Shown one piece after another: positions 46,309 through 57,237 of a DNA stretch of 64,000 nucleotides; the stretch's first letter is position 1, and the number at the start of each line of letters is the position of its first letter. This stretch comes from Vulcanimicrobiota bacterium. Lineage in GTDB: Bacteria; Vulcanimicrobiota; Vulcanimicrobiia; Eremiobacterales; Eremiobacteraceae. A program made the position numbers and the translations under genes. The notes beneath the pieces were generated by a model. It made no database searches and was not told the origin of the DNA. It worked only from the letters and a program-made list of their open reading frames with translations. The DNA lies in NCBI GenBank assembly GCA_963812135.1, contig CAWETU010000001.1:448001-512000 (forward strand), given 5' to 3'.

Positions 46309-46583
46309 GGCAGATTCGTAGCGGTCGAATTCATCCGGCCGACATTCCGACCGATTCGACCGAACTCGATCCGCACGTCGCTCGGCGCCGGTATTTGCAC
46401 TGGCGCCGCCGCGTTTCCGACGAGCAGCGGCCAGCGAAGTCCGCTTTCGCGCGCGCGCAATTGCGGCGGCAATGGCATCGAGGTGATGCGATGAGGCTCG
46501 GCATGGCGGTGGGAACCCAAAAGGACGAGCGCCCAAAAACCGATGACCGCGAGCGCGATTGAGATCGCAGCGATCCAACGCAT
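46305..46583 (-). CDS. Small secreted/membrane-anchored hypothetical protein
   Basis: MRWIAAISIALAVIGFWALVLL signal/TM; GGAGG RBS upstream. Confidence 0.45.
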   Translation of the reverse strand: MRWIAAISIALAVIGFWALVLLGSHRHAEPHRITSMPLPPQLRARESGLRWPLLVGNAAAPVQIPAPSDVRIEFGRIGRNVGRMNSTATNLP

Positions 46584-46713
46584 GGTCGAGGTTTTCGAAC
46601 CTCCGGTGAACCGCGCCTTGCGAAAATTGCCATGTCCGCAATGCGACGGCCGCGAGCATTCGCTCGCGGCCGCACCCGAGCTTCGCTCGGGTCCTACATA
46701 CGCCGCTCGGGTC

Positions 46714-47154
46714 TTACTGGCCAGCCATGTCGGGGCCGGGATCGCCGCCCTCGGCGACGATCTTGAGGCGACCGAGGTAGTCACCCCAACCCTTGGCGTG
46801 ACTGGATGCCCACTCGGCGTCGACGAAGCCGGTATGGGTAAGACGGACCAGCGTACCGTCGCCGTCCTTCTTCAGCTCGTACTTCACGACGGTGCGCGAG
46901 CCGATTGGCTCGTTCTGCCAATCCCAGGTATATGCAACGGTGTTCGGTCGATCGAATTCGATGATCTCACCGACCGCGATCCATTCTCCCTTGGCGAATC
47001 GGTATTTGCCGCCGACGCGCGGCTCGAAGAACTCCATAGGTTGCCAGCGTTCCATCTGGGTCGGATCGGTGAGCAGTTCGAAGACCGCTTCTTGCGGCGC
47101 TTCGATGCGAATGGTCTGATCGACCAGGAGTTGCTCGGACGTGTTCTTGATCAT
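46714..47154 (-). CDS. SRPBCC/AHA1 domain protein
   Basis: I.AP.E.VF..LTDP....W, VAYTW.W, GT.VRLTH.GF, H..GW..YL..L. Confidence 0.9.
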   Translation of the reverse strand: MIKNTSEQLLVDQTIRIEAPQEAVFELLTDPTQMERWQPMEFFEPRVGGKYRFAKGEWIAVGEIIEFDRPNTVAYTWDWQNEPIGSRTVVKYELKKDGDGTLVRLTHTGFVDAEWASSHAKGWGDYLGRLKIVAEGGDPGPDMAGQ

Positions 47155-47477
47155 TGCTTTCTCCTACGCTTACGATGGTCGCTCTCCGCGACCGCTTTGA
47201 GGTTGGACAGCGCCGCGCCCCAGAAGGCCTCGAGGTACGTGCGCAGACCGGCCAACCCGTCGGGATTGACCTGGTAGACGCGCTGCGTGCCGTTGCGCCT
47301 GTCTGCCACGAGCCCGGCCTCCTTGAGGACTTTGAGGTGTTGCGAGACCGCCGGCCGGCTCACCGGCAAGCGGCTCGCCAGCTCCCCGACGGGCCGCGGT
47401 CCGCGCCTCAGCATGTCGAGGATCGCGCGCCGCGTCGGGTCGCCAAGTGCGTCGAGTTGCCGTTCGTAAGTTTGCAC
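47151..47477 (-). CDS. ArsR/SmtB family transcriptional regulator
   Basis: ALGDPTRRAIL, V.ELA..LPVSRPAVSQHLKVLKEAGLV, G..R.Y. Confidence 0.93.
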   Translation of the reverse strand: MQTYERQLDALGDPTRRAILDMLRRGPRPVGELASRLPVSRPAVSQHLKVLKEAGLVADRRNGTQRVYQVNPDGLAGLRTYLEAFWGAALSNLKAVAESDHRKRRRKQ

Positions 47478-47514
47478 TAACGGTAAGTTACCACTAACCG
47501 ATAGGTCTTGTCAA
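47466..47514 (-). promoter_or_regulatory. Promoter and tandem ArsR operator
   Basis: TTGACA on the minus strand (47514-47509); two copies of the imperfect palindrome GTAAGT-N4-ACTAAC at 47466-47481 and 47483-47498, the first overlapping the start codon. Confidence 0.7.
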
Positions 47515-48746
47515 GCCTGCGCGGCGGAATCCGCGGTACCAGCGGGCTGGGCTTGTCCGATAAGCCCCATCGCCCGCAGCAGCGGCTCGAGCAGCGAGCC
47601 CTGGACCACCACCGTGAAGAGCACGACCGAGAACACCATCGACACGAGCAGCGATTTGCTCGGGAAATCGTCCGGCAGGCTCAACACCAGCGCCATCGAG
47701 AGCGCGCCGCGCATCCCCGCGAGCGTGATGGCGTTCTGCCATTTCGAGGAGAGCGGCCGCCCGAGCAGCGCGCTCACCGGGGCGAGCAGTCGGACGATGA
47801 GCGGCCGGCCGACGATGACGGCGAGCAGGCCCCAGGCGGCATCGGGCCACTCCGACATGATGTCGCGGATGTGGATCGATGCGCCGATCAGCAAGAACAG
47901 CGCAGTGTTCGCCAAGAACGCGACCACTTCCCAAAAACCGCCGATCGTGGCGCGCTGTTCGGGCGCGAGCTTGCTAAGACTGGTGGACCCGGCGATCACG
48001 ATCGCGGCGAAGATCACCGCCATGATGCCGGACACGCCGAGGTCGTCGGCGATGAAGTACGCGCCGTACGCGACGGCGACCGTCACACCCGCGACCACCA
48101 TCACCTGATCGGCGATCAGGCGGATGACCAGCCGTGAGAGGTAACCGATCACCACCCCGACGGCGATGCCGCCGGCCGTCATCAGGAAGAACTCCCACGC
48201 CGTCTGCCCGAGGTGAAAGCCGGGTCCTTGGGCGGCGAACACCGCCAACAGCGCGCTGAACGCAACGACCGAGGTGCCGTCGTTGAACAAGCTTTCGCCT
48301 TCGACGATCGCGAGCAGGCTCGGATTCACCCGCAGCGTCTTGAACAGCGCGAGCACCGCGACCGGATCCGTCGCGGCGACCACGGCGCCGAAGATGATCG
48401 CCGTCTGGGGCGCCAAATGCGCGCCGAATACCAAGAAGACGTATGAGAGCGCGATGACGAGCACGACGCCGACCGTCGCAAGCAGCGTGATCGGGACCCA
48501 GTTGCGGCGCAGCTCCTTCGTGTCGGCATTCCAACCGCCATCGAACAGCAGCGGCGGCAAAAACACGAACAAGACGAGGCCCGGCGTGAGCTCGATCGCG
48601 CGCTGATGCGGTATCAGTCCGATCAGCAGTCCGGCGAGCACCAGGCCGACCGTGTACGGGATGCGCAGCCGCGCGGTGAGCACCGACATCGCCACGACCA
48701 CGGCGAGCATTTCCGCGAGTTGCGGTGCGCCCGGCAGATGGGTCAT
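47511..48746 (-). CDS. Na+/H+ antiporter, CPA1 (NhaP/NhaG-like)
   Basis: FLPPLLF, ATDPVAV, EGESLFNDG, GVSG, GMRGALS; ATG 48746 overlaps the alr stop. Confidence 0.92.
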   Translation of the reverse strand: MTHLPGAPQLAEMLAVVVAMSVLTARLRIPYTVGLVLAGLLIGLIPHQRAIELTPGLVLFVFLPPLLFDGGWNADTKELRRNWVPITLLATVGVVLVIALSYVFLVFGAHLAPQTAIIFGAVVAATDPVAVLALFKTLRVNPSLLAIVEGESLFNDGTSVVAFSALLAVFAAQGPGFHLGQTAWEFFLMTAGGIAVGVVIGYLSRLVIRLIADQVMVVAGVTVAVAYGAYFIADDLGVSGIMAVIFAAIVIAGSTSLSKLAPEQRATIGGFWEVVAFLANTALFLLIGASIHIRDIMSEWPDAAWGLLAVIVGRPLIVRLLAPVSALLGRPLSSKWQNAITLAGMRGALSMALVLSLPDDFPSKSLLVSMVFSVVLFTVVVQGSLLEPLLRAMGLIGQAQPAGTADSAAQA

Positions 48747-49844
48747 GTGTAGCGGCGTTCGAGATGGTGTGGCAGGCGCGCGAGGATCTCGTAGTTGATC
48801 GTACCGGCCGCTTTGGCGAGCGGCTCGATCTCGATCTGCGCGAGGTCGCCGAGCGCGACCGCCGGCTCGATGCCGGTGACGTCGAGCATACAGGCGTTCA
48901 TGCAGATGCGCCCGACGATCGGCGCGCGCGCCGCGCCGAGCCGCACGTGCATGCGCCCGCCGCCGGCCGCGCGCGGCAGTCCATCCGCATAGCCGGCGGG
49001 CAACACGGCGATACGGCTGTCGCGTGAGGCGACGAACGCGCGCGAGTATCCCACGCTCTCGCCCGCTCGCACATCGCGCAGCTGCACGATCGGGGCGAAC
49101 CAGCGCAGCGCCGGGCGCAATTCGAACGATGGATCGTCGCCGGCGAGCACTGCCGCGACTTGCGGGGACGGCCACGCGCCGTAGAGCGCGATGCCGCAGC
49201 GCACCATGTCGAGGCGCGTCTGCGGCCACATCATCGCAGCCGCGGAAGCCGCGATGTGCCTTTTCGCTTGAGGAAATGTGGCGGTCGAGTTCTACTCGAC
49301 CGAGCGCCTCGACTTGTTGCATCACGAACGTTGTATCGATATCCTCGGCGCTTGCGAGGTGCGAGTAGATGCCGGCGATCTCAAGACCGAGCGCTTTCGC
49401 GCGTTCGAGGACTGCGCCTGCCCGGTCGCTCGGCACGCCGAAGCGGCCGACGCCGGTGTCGACCTTGAGATGCGCGACGATGTGATGGCGCGCGAACGGC
49501 TCGACCATGCTCTCGTCGAGCAGGCCGAGTTGCAATCGCGCGCTCGCGGCCTGCGCGAGTTGCGCTTCCGCAACCGGCCCGACGACGAGGATCGGCTGTT
49601 CGATGCCCGCATCGCGCAGCGCCAGTCCCTCATCCGCGGTGAAGACGCCGAACCACAGTCCGTCGATGCCGGCGCCGGCCAAGGCAAGGCCGACCGGCAC
49701 GAGCCCGTGGCCGTACGCCTCGGACTTGACGACCGCGCAAAAGGCCGCCGGCGCCGCTTTTTTGGCCAGCGCCCGGGCGTTGGCGACAAGCGTCGCACGG
49801 TCGATTTCGAGCCACGAAGCGGCCTCAGCCACGACCCCGTCCAC
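48743..49844 (-). pseudogene. alr: Alanine racemase interrupted by a +1 frameshift near 49256-49291 (pseudogene, assembly error or recoded gene)
   Basis: N-half AVVKSEAYGHG, HLKVDTG..RFG, GIYSHLAS in one frame; C-half HIAASAA..MVRCGIALYG, GESVGY, GYADG, VGRICMN, TINYEI in another. Confidence 0.85.
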
Positions 49845-49859
49845 AGGGGCAGGAACCCC

Positions 49860-49919
49860 TTGTCAAAGCCTGAACCTCCCGGTATACTGGGTTTAGCACT
49901 CAACTGCTGAGACTGCTAA
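49860..49919 (+). promoter_or_regulatory. Sigma-A promoter and CIRCE (HrcA operator) upstream of groESL
   Basis: TTGTCA (49860)-17 nt-TATACT (49883); TTAGCACTC-N9-GACTGCTAA at 49893-49919 (one mismatch to CIRCE). Confidence 0.92.
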
Positions 49920-50040
49920 TCCAGGCGAAAAAAGCCCCGTTCGGGGCGCATCCTAGGACCTTTAGATTCTCGCCGGCGTGCGGACGCCCCGCTTGGGGTT
50001 CGCGTCGGCATCGACCCCAGCCGATCAAGGAGGTTTGTCC

Positions 50041-50352
50041 GTGCCTGCTACCGCGACCAAAGTCGAACTCACGCCCCTCGCCGACCGAGTCGTCCTCGAG
50101 CCCGTCGAGCCGGCTGCAACGTCCACCGGCGGCATCATCTTGCCGGATACCGCCCAGCAAAAGACTCAAGAAGGCATCGTCATGGCCGTCGGACCCGGCC
50201 GCAAGACCGACAAAGGCGAGATCATCCATCTCGACCTCAAAGTCGGCGACAAAGTCATCTACTCGAAATATGCGGGTAGCGAAGTCAAGATCGACGGTAA
50301 AGAATACCTCATCATCGGTGAGAAAGACGTTCTCGCCACTGTCAAGCGCTAA
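50041..50352 (+). CDS. groES: Co-chaperonin GroES
   Basis: PL.DRVV, GGIILPD.A, AVGPG, VGDKV.YSKY.G.EVK; AAGGAGG RBS. Confidence 0.98.
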   Translation: MPATATKVELTPLADRVVLEPVEPAATSTGGIILPDTAQQKTQEGIVMAVGPGRKTDKGEIIHLDLKVGDKVIYSKYAGSEVKIDGKEYLIIGEKDVLATVKR

Positions 50353-52014
<1,662 letters not shown>

Positions 52015-52034
52015 TCGCTTCGGCGATTGCAAAT

Positions 52035-52070
52035 AAGGGCCCGGCGGGCGACCGCCGGGCCTTTCTCTTT
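52035..52070 (+). terminator. Intrinsic terminator of groESL
   Basis: GGCCCGGCGG-gcga-CCGCCGGGCC followed by TTTCTCTTT. Confidence 0.88.
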
Positions 52071-52082
52071 GCGAAAGAATGG

Positions 52083-52934
52083 TTAGAGCGTCGGCAATCC
52101 GGCGGCTTCTCTGACCGGGAACGCCGCATCGATGGCCTTGATCTCGTCGGGCGAGAGGCGCAGATCGCCCGCGGCCGCGTTCTCGCGCACGTGGGCTTCC
52201 GATTCGGCTTTCGGGATCGCGAACGTGCCCTCGAGGCGCGTGAGAAACGCGAGCGCCACCTGGCGCGCAGTCGCGCCCTGGCGCTGCGCGATTTTCCCAA
52301 GCATTTGGCCGTCGCGCGAGCGCGCAGACGGAAATTCACCGTGACCGAAGGGGCTGTAGGCCACGAGCGCGATGTCGTGCGCTTGGCAATATGGCAACAC
52401 GAACCGCTCCACATGCCGTTCTTGCAGATGATAGAGCACTTGGTTGCACACGATCGGGTGGCGCGTGAGCGCGGCCTGCGCTTCTTTCAGATCGTCGACG
52501 TCGAAGTTGCTCACGCCAAGCGCCCGGATCTTGCCCGTGTCGACGAGATGTTCCAGCGCTGACATGGTCTGCTCCAACGGGTAGCTGCCGCGCCAGTGCA
52601 GCAGATAGACGTCGAGAAAATCCAGGCCCAGCCGGCGCAGCGAACCCTCGCAGGCTTTGATCGTGCCTTCGTAGCTGGCATGCTGCGGCAAGACTTTGGA
52701 GACGACGAAGACGCTGTCGCGCGGCAGGCCGGCGATCGCTTCACCGACGATCTCCTCGGCGCGCCCGTCGCCGTACATCTCCGCTGTGTCGATGTGGGTC
52801 ATGCCCAGTTCGATGCCCAAACGCAGCGCATGCACTGCCCGGGCGGCGCTCGCGCCTGCCGCGTGCATTTGCCACGTCCCTTGGCCGATCACCGGGACTC
52901 GCCGTTCGAGGGGACCGAATTTTGAGGTTCGCAC
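52083..52934 (-). CDS. Aldo/keto reductase
   Basis: IGQGTW, IDTAEMYG, VSKV.P, YLLHW, GVSNF, NQVLY, AYSPFG, IPKA. Confidence 0.95.
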   Translation of the reverse strand: MRTSKFGPLERRVPVIGQGTWQMHAAGASAARAVHALRLGIELGMTHIDTAEMYGDGRAEEIVGEAIAGLPRDSVFVVSKVLPQHASYEGTIKACEGSLRRLGLDFLDVYLLHWRGSYPLEQTMSALEHLVDTGKIRALGVSNFDVDDLKEAQAALTRHPIVCNQVLYHLQERHVERFVLPYCQAHDIALVAYSPFGHGEFPSARSRDGQMLGKIAQRQGATARQVALAFLTRLEGTFAIPKAESEAHVRENAAAGDLRLSPDEIKAIDAAFPVREAAGLPTL

Positions 52935-52973
52935 CTCCCGCGCGTTCTTCGCGCCGTGCGCGTACCCTTGCCA

Positions 52974-53012
52974 AATAAAAAACCGGGGCGTCTGCGGAGC
53001 GGCCCCGGTTTT
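52974..53012 (-). terminator. Intrinsic terminator downstream of the DUF1036 gene
   Basis: AAAACCGGGGC...GCCCCGGTTTT hairpin with a T tract on the minus strand. Confidence 0.8.
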
Positions 53013-53026
53013 GATGGCAGGTTACG

Positions 53027-53443
53027 TTATTTAAACGTGTAGGTGAACGACTTGTAGTCGCCCGTGTCCACTTCTCGGAAGTCCTTGTATACGAACGGAC
53101 ACTTGTTCTGAGCGTTGTAAAGCGTGAACGGATCGTTCGGATTGACGCACATTTTGTAATCGCCCGGCCAGTGCCACGAATCGCCATCGTTCACGGCGTA
53201 TACGTAGACGTACTTGACCTTGAGGTCGCCGGCGATCGCCGTCTTGCACTGACCCGGATCCAGCGACCACCAGCCCTCGGAGATGAAGTAATCGTACTCC
53301 GACGAGTAGTAGGCCACCGCCGAGTTTATATGTTCTTTATAGTCGTTGCAGACTCGAAATGATGCCTTCGCCTGTGCGGGAGTGAACGCCACGGCGCCCA
53401 TAACAGCGATCGCCGCGGCGAGCAGTAACGCGTATCTAGTCAT
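53027..53443 (-). CDS. Secreted DUF1036 family protein
   Basis: Signal peptide; F.VCN, AVAY, SEGWW.L.PG.C, YVYA, W.G...C, F.EVDTG. Confidence 0.85.
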   Translation of the reverse strand: MTRYALLLAAAIAVMGAVAFTPAQAKASFRVCNDYKEHINSAVAYYSSEYDYFISEGWWSLDPGQCKTAIAGDLKVKYVYVYAVNDGDSWHWPGDYKMCVNPNDPFTLYNAQNKCPFVYKDFREVDTGDYKSFTYTFK

Positions 53444-53675
53444 CCAACAGCTCTCCTCATTCGGTGCTATGGCCTAAGACCGCCGCGAGCACGGGCTTGT
53501 TACAGCGATCCAGGTCGACGCGGACGCGATTATGCAAGTGTGACCGGGTGCTTCTAAGCGAGAGTGCAAACCCGGACCGGCAGCGAACCGGACGCGTCAT
53601 ACCGCGCTGCTCGTCCTTTGGATTATCGGCGCTCCGCACCAAATCATGCAGGGGTCGTCCGGGGGAGATGCCGCG

Positions 53676-54641
53676 ATGAACGCGATCGTCGTCAAGCAAT
53701 TCGGCGGGCCAGAGGCGCTCTCGTATGAAGATATGCCGATTCCCAGCTTGGGAGCCGGCCAAGCGCTCGTTCGCATCGCGGCGACCGGCGTCAACTTCAT
53801 CGACGTCTACCATCGGATGGGCAAGTATGAGGGCGCGCCGCCGTTTATCTTGGGCAACGAGGCGGCCGGCGTCATCGAGGCGCTCGCGCCGGACGCGCGC
53901 GGTTTCAGAGTCGGCGACCGCGTCGCGTATTGCAACGTCCGGGGCAGTTATGCGGAGTACGCCGCCGTGCCGGTCGAACGGCTCGTGCCGGTGCCCAACA
54001 GCGTCGACGACCAGACCGCTGCCGCGGTGCTCCTGCAGGGCATGACCGCGCACTATCTGAGCCGGACCACCTACCCGCTTCGCAACGGAGACGACGCGCT
54101 CGTGCACGCGGCTGCCGGCGGCGTCGGCTTGCTCCTCACCCAAATGGCACGGCGCATCGGCGCGCGCGTGATCGCCACCGTGTCGACCGACGAGAAAGCC
54201 ACGCTTGCGCGCGAGGCCGGCGCCGACGACGTCATCCTCTACACAAAGCAAGACTTCGAAAGCGAGACCAAACGCCTCACCGCGGGTGCCGGCGTGCACG
54301 TCGTCTACGATTCCGTCGGCAAGACGACGTTCGAGAAAGGGCTCAACGTCTTGCGCCGGCGCGGCATGATGGTGAGTTTCGGGCAGTCGAGCGGCAACGC
54401 GCCGGCGATCGAGCCGCTGCGGTTGGTCAAGGGATCGCTGTTCTTGACGCGTCCGACGTTGATCGACTACGTGGCGACGACCGAAGAGCTGCGCGAGCGC
54501 GCCGCCGACGTCTTCGGCATGGTCGAACGGCACGAACTGCACGTGCGCGTCGCGCACGTGTACAAGCTCGCGGACGCCGCACAGGCGCACTGCGATCTCG
54601 AAGCGCGTAAGACGACCGGCAAGCTGATCCTACTCCCGTAA
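53676..54641 (+). CDS. qor: NADPH:quinone oxidoreductase (zeta-crystallin type)
   Basis: GGPE.L, GVNFID.Y.R.G.Y, LQGMTAHYL, HAAAGGVG, YDSVGK.TF, FGQSSG, TRPTL, TTGK. Confidence 0.93.
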   Translation: MNAIVVKQFGGPEALSYEDMPIPSLGAGQALVRIAATGVNFIDVYHRMGKYEGAPPFILGNEAAGVIEALAPDARGFRVGDRVAYCNVRGSYAEYAAVPVERLVPVPNSVDDQTAAAVLLQGMTAHYLSRTTYPLRNGDDALVHAAAGGVGLLLTQMARRIGARVIATVSTDEKATLAREAGADDVILYTKQDFESETKRLTAGAGVHVVYDSVGKTTFEKGLNVLRRRGMMVSFGQSSGNAPAIEPLRLVKGSLFLTRPTLIDYVATTEELRERAADVFGMVERHELHVRVAHVYKLADAAQAHCDLEARKTTGKLILLP

Positions 54642-54654
54642 CGCGCCCGCGGGG

Positions 54655-56295
54655 TCAGATCGCCCACTCCCAGGTGTTCCAGAACGGCGTCACGGCGTGC
54701 GCCGGCTTGTAGTTCTTGAAGTCCGTGTTGATGACGTCCATGCGACGCACGTACCAGATGATGATGAACGGCAACGCGTTGTTCATCTCTTCTTGCACGA
54801 TCGCGTAGTCGGCCTTGCGTTTGGCCTGATCGTACGTGCTAAGCGCATCCGCTTCTGCCGCATCGAGGCGCTTGCTGCAGAAATGGTAGACGTTCCAGCC
54901 CGCCGGCGGCGCCATCGTGCAGGTCACCAGGATCGAATCGTCCGGATCGATGCCGTTGGCCCACTCCTCGTAGGCGACATCGAACTTGCCGCTCTGCTCG
55001 ACGCCGCCGTTGGCGAGCGTCGCGTAGAGCTCATTCGACGGCCAATCCTTGATCTCGATATCCACGCCGACTTTGCGCCACTGCTGTTGGATCACCACTT
55101 GCGCGCCGCTCACCGTCGACGAACCGGTGAACCCCGTCATCCCCAGCTGCAGCGGTTTGCCGTCCTTGGCGCGCATGCCGTCGGAGCCGAGCTTCCAGCC
55201 GGCGGCGTCAAGCAAGGCCGCAGCCTTGCGCGGATCGTACGGATAGGTGGCCGCGTGGTCGTCGTGCGCCCACAAGAAATCGGGCTGATCCGTATCGCCT
55301 AACGCATTGACGCCGTGGCTCACCTTGTCGATCAGCTCTTTTCGATCGGTGGCATAGGCAAGCGCTTGGCGGACGCGCAGGTCGTCCAGCGGCGGGTGCG
55401 ACGCGTTGATGCCGATGTCCGCGTACTGCGTGAACGGGTAAATGATGATGCTCGTGCCCGGGATATGCTCGAGACTGGGCTTCAGGCCTTCGGTCGCCCG
55501 GTAGTAGAAATCGATCTGGTTGGATTCCAACAGCGTGAGGATGGTGTTGTCGTTGCCGACGATCTGCCATTCGATGCGCTTGAGCTTGGGCGGTCCGCGC
55601 CAGTAGAGCGGATTGGCGTCGAACGTGATATGCGAGCCGCGCACGTACTCCACGACTCGGAACGGCCCAGTGCCGACCGGCATCCGGTTATAGGCGACTC
55701 GGGTGAGATCGTGATATTGGGAGAGCAGGTGCTTGGGCAGCACGGCGACCGGGTTGTTGCTCATCGCAAAAAACATGTTCACGAACGGCGAGAAACGCTT
55801 CTTGAGATGCACCGCGATGGTGTGGTCGTCGCGCCTGTCGATGCGCGCGATGTCGTCAAAACCGAGGCGGCTGATGACGGGATTGTCGGGGTTGAGCTGC
55901 TGCTGCCAGGTGAAGATGACGTCATCGGCGCTAAACGGCGCGCCGTCCTGCCATTTGACGCCGGAGCGTAGGTGATACGTGATCGTGAGGCCGTCTTTGC
56001 TGATGCCGCCGTTGGCGAGCGTCGGGACTTGCGCAGCAAGCTCCGGCACGAGTTGGTTCTGGTCGTTCCAATTGAACAGATAACCGCCCCAGAACATCGA
56101 GAGGTCCTTGTCGATGACCTCAGTGCCGAGCATGGGATTGAGGTTGTCCGGCTCTTGACGGCTGGCGATGCGCAGCTCGCCCGGATGGGTCCACGCGTTG
56201 CCGCCGGTGCTTGCGCCCGTCTGGGTGCTGATCTTCGTGCAAGCGGACAGCGCGATCGCCACCACGACGAACGCAAAACGAAGCGGCGTCCTCAA
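54655..56295 (-). CDS. Peptide ABC transporter substrate-binding lipoprotein (family 5)
   Basis: Lipobox LSAC; PELA...PT..NGGISKDG.TITYHLR.GVKWQDG.PF.ADDV, GTGPF, VRQAL; TTG overlaps the creatininase stop. Confidence 0.9.
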   Translation of the reverse strand: MRTPLRFAFVVVAIALSACTKISTQTGASTGGNAWTHPGELRIASRQEPDNLNPMLGTEVIDKDLSMFWGGYLFNWNDQNQLVPELAAQVPTLANGGISKDGLTITYHLRSGVKWQDGAPFSADDVIFTWQQQLNPDNPVISRLGFDDIARIDRRDDHTIAVHLKKRFSPFVNMFFAMSNNPVAVLPKHLLSQYHDLTRVAYNRMPVGTGPFRVVEYVRGSHITFDANPLYWRGPPKLKRIEWQIVGNDNTILTLLESNQIDFYYRATEGLKPSLEHIPGTSIIIYPFTQYADIGINASHPPLDDLRVRQALAYATDRKELIDKVSHGVNALGDTDQPDFLWAHDDHAATYPYDPRKAAALLDAAGWKLGSDGMRAKDGKPLQLGMTGFTGSSTVSGAQVVIQQQWRKVGVDIEIKDWPSNELYATLANGGVEQSGKFDVAYEEWANGIDPDDSILVTCTMAPPAGWNVYHFCSKRLDAAEADALSTYDQAKRKADYAIVQEEMNNALPFIIIWYVRRMDVINTDFKNYKPAHAVTPFWNTWEWAI

Positions 56296-57098
56296 TGGTG
56301 GTCCTTTCGCTTCGCGTCCGGGCGCGCGCGCAGCTCGTCGACGAGTTCGACGATCCCCTTGGCCGCCGCCGCGAGCAGCCGCTCCCCTTTTCGCGCGCTC
56401 GCTTTGGTGGGGTCGCCCATGACCCCCGTGTCCGAGATCGCGCTCCAGTGTTCCATCATCGCGAGAGGTCCATCGCCGGCCACGAGATCCGTCCAATAGT
56501 TCTTGGTAGGCCGGTGCGACAGTTCGCGAGCCGCCTTTGACATGTCGACGAGATCCGGCCGCAGCGCGAGATAGATCGATGTCTCGAATTCGCACGCGTG
56601 GTTCATGCCGCCGACCTTGTCGGACTCGCGCAAGCTCTCTGCGACCTCGTGGACGCCTGGCGCATTCCAATAGTTTACTGCTGCGGCCAAGGCGTGCGTC
56701 TCGACGACCGTCAGGCGGGCGATGATATCCACGAACGGCGTGTTGCTGCCATGTCCGTTGACGATCAAGATGCGGGAGAAACCGTGATGGGCGAGGCTGC
56801 GGCATACGTCGAGCCCGTAGGCGATGAAGGTCTGCCAGCCGATCGTGATCGGTCCGGGAAAGTCCATGTGGTGCGGCGTGTAGCCGTGATTGATCGCCGG
56901 CACGAGCACCGCTCGATCGGCGCACGCCGCCACGGCGCGCTCGCACACCGCGTTGCAGAGCAGCAAGTCGGTGTCGATCGGCAGATGCAACCCGTGGTCT
57001 TCGAGCACGGCGACCGGCACGACGGCGACCTTACGAGCGGCCACCGCCTCTTTGACTTGCGGCCATGTCAAAGAGCCGTAATGATATTCAGTGGGCAT
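56292..57098 (-). CDS. Creatininase/creatinine amidohydrolase family protein
   Basis: E.HG.HLP..TD, HH.DFPG, NGHGSN, HACEFETS, GVMGDP..A...KG. Confidence 0.92.
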   Translation of the reverse strand: MPTEYHYGSLTWPQVKEAVAARKVAVVPVAVLEDHGLHLPIDTDLLLCNAVCERAVAACADRAVLVPAINHGYTPHHMDFPGPITIGWQTFIAYGLDVCRSLAHHGFSRILIVNGHGSNTPFVDIIARLTVVETHALAAAVNYWNAPGVHEVAESLRESDKVGGMNHACEFETSIYLALRPDLVDMSKAARELSHRPTKNYWTDLVAGDGPLAMMEHWSAISDTGVMGDPTKASARKGERLLAAAAKGIVELVDELRARPDAKRKDHH

Positions 57099-57156
57099 GG
57101 ACGCCCATTTTAGGTGCGTCGGCTGCAGAATCCCCCGCAGCGGGACAAATCGGCGC

Positions 57157-57210
57157 TTGACAGCTCGTCTCCCTGATGGTATATTCACTATCGTACTAGT
57201 GAACTAGTAC
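57157..57210 (+). promoter_or_regulatory. Consensus sigma-A promoter and YtrA-type palindromic operator
   Basis: TTGACA (57157)-17 nt-TATATT (57180) with extended TG; perfect inverted repeat GTACTAGT-GA-ACTAGTAC at 57193-57210. Confidence 0.88.
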
Positions 57211-57237
57211 AACAGTAAACTAGGAAAGGAAAGGCAC

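Noticed and set aside
47511..49844. 777-aa ORF suggesting a real alanine racemase-Na+/H+ antiporter fusion
   Set aside because: The middle part is Arg-rich off-frame sequence overlying the true Alr C-terminal half; nhaP has its own ATG overlapping the alr stop. This is a by-product of the frameshift.
53457..53660. GCAAACC...GGACGC and GGCCTAA fragments resembling a c-di-GMP-I riboswitch
   Set aside because: The elements are in the wrong order and lack the GNRA loop and GCAAAG junction; not supportable without an Rfam scan.
54655..56946. 763-aa extended version of the peptide-binding protein
   Set aside because: The N-terminal extension is an alternate frame of the creatininase gene; the lipoprotein signal begins at TTG 56295.
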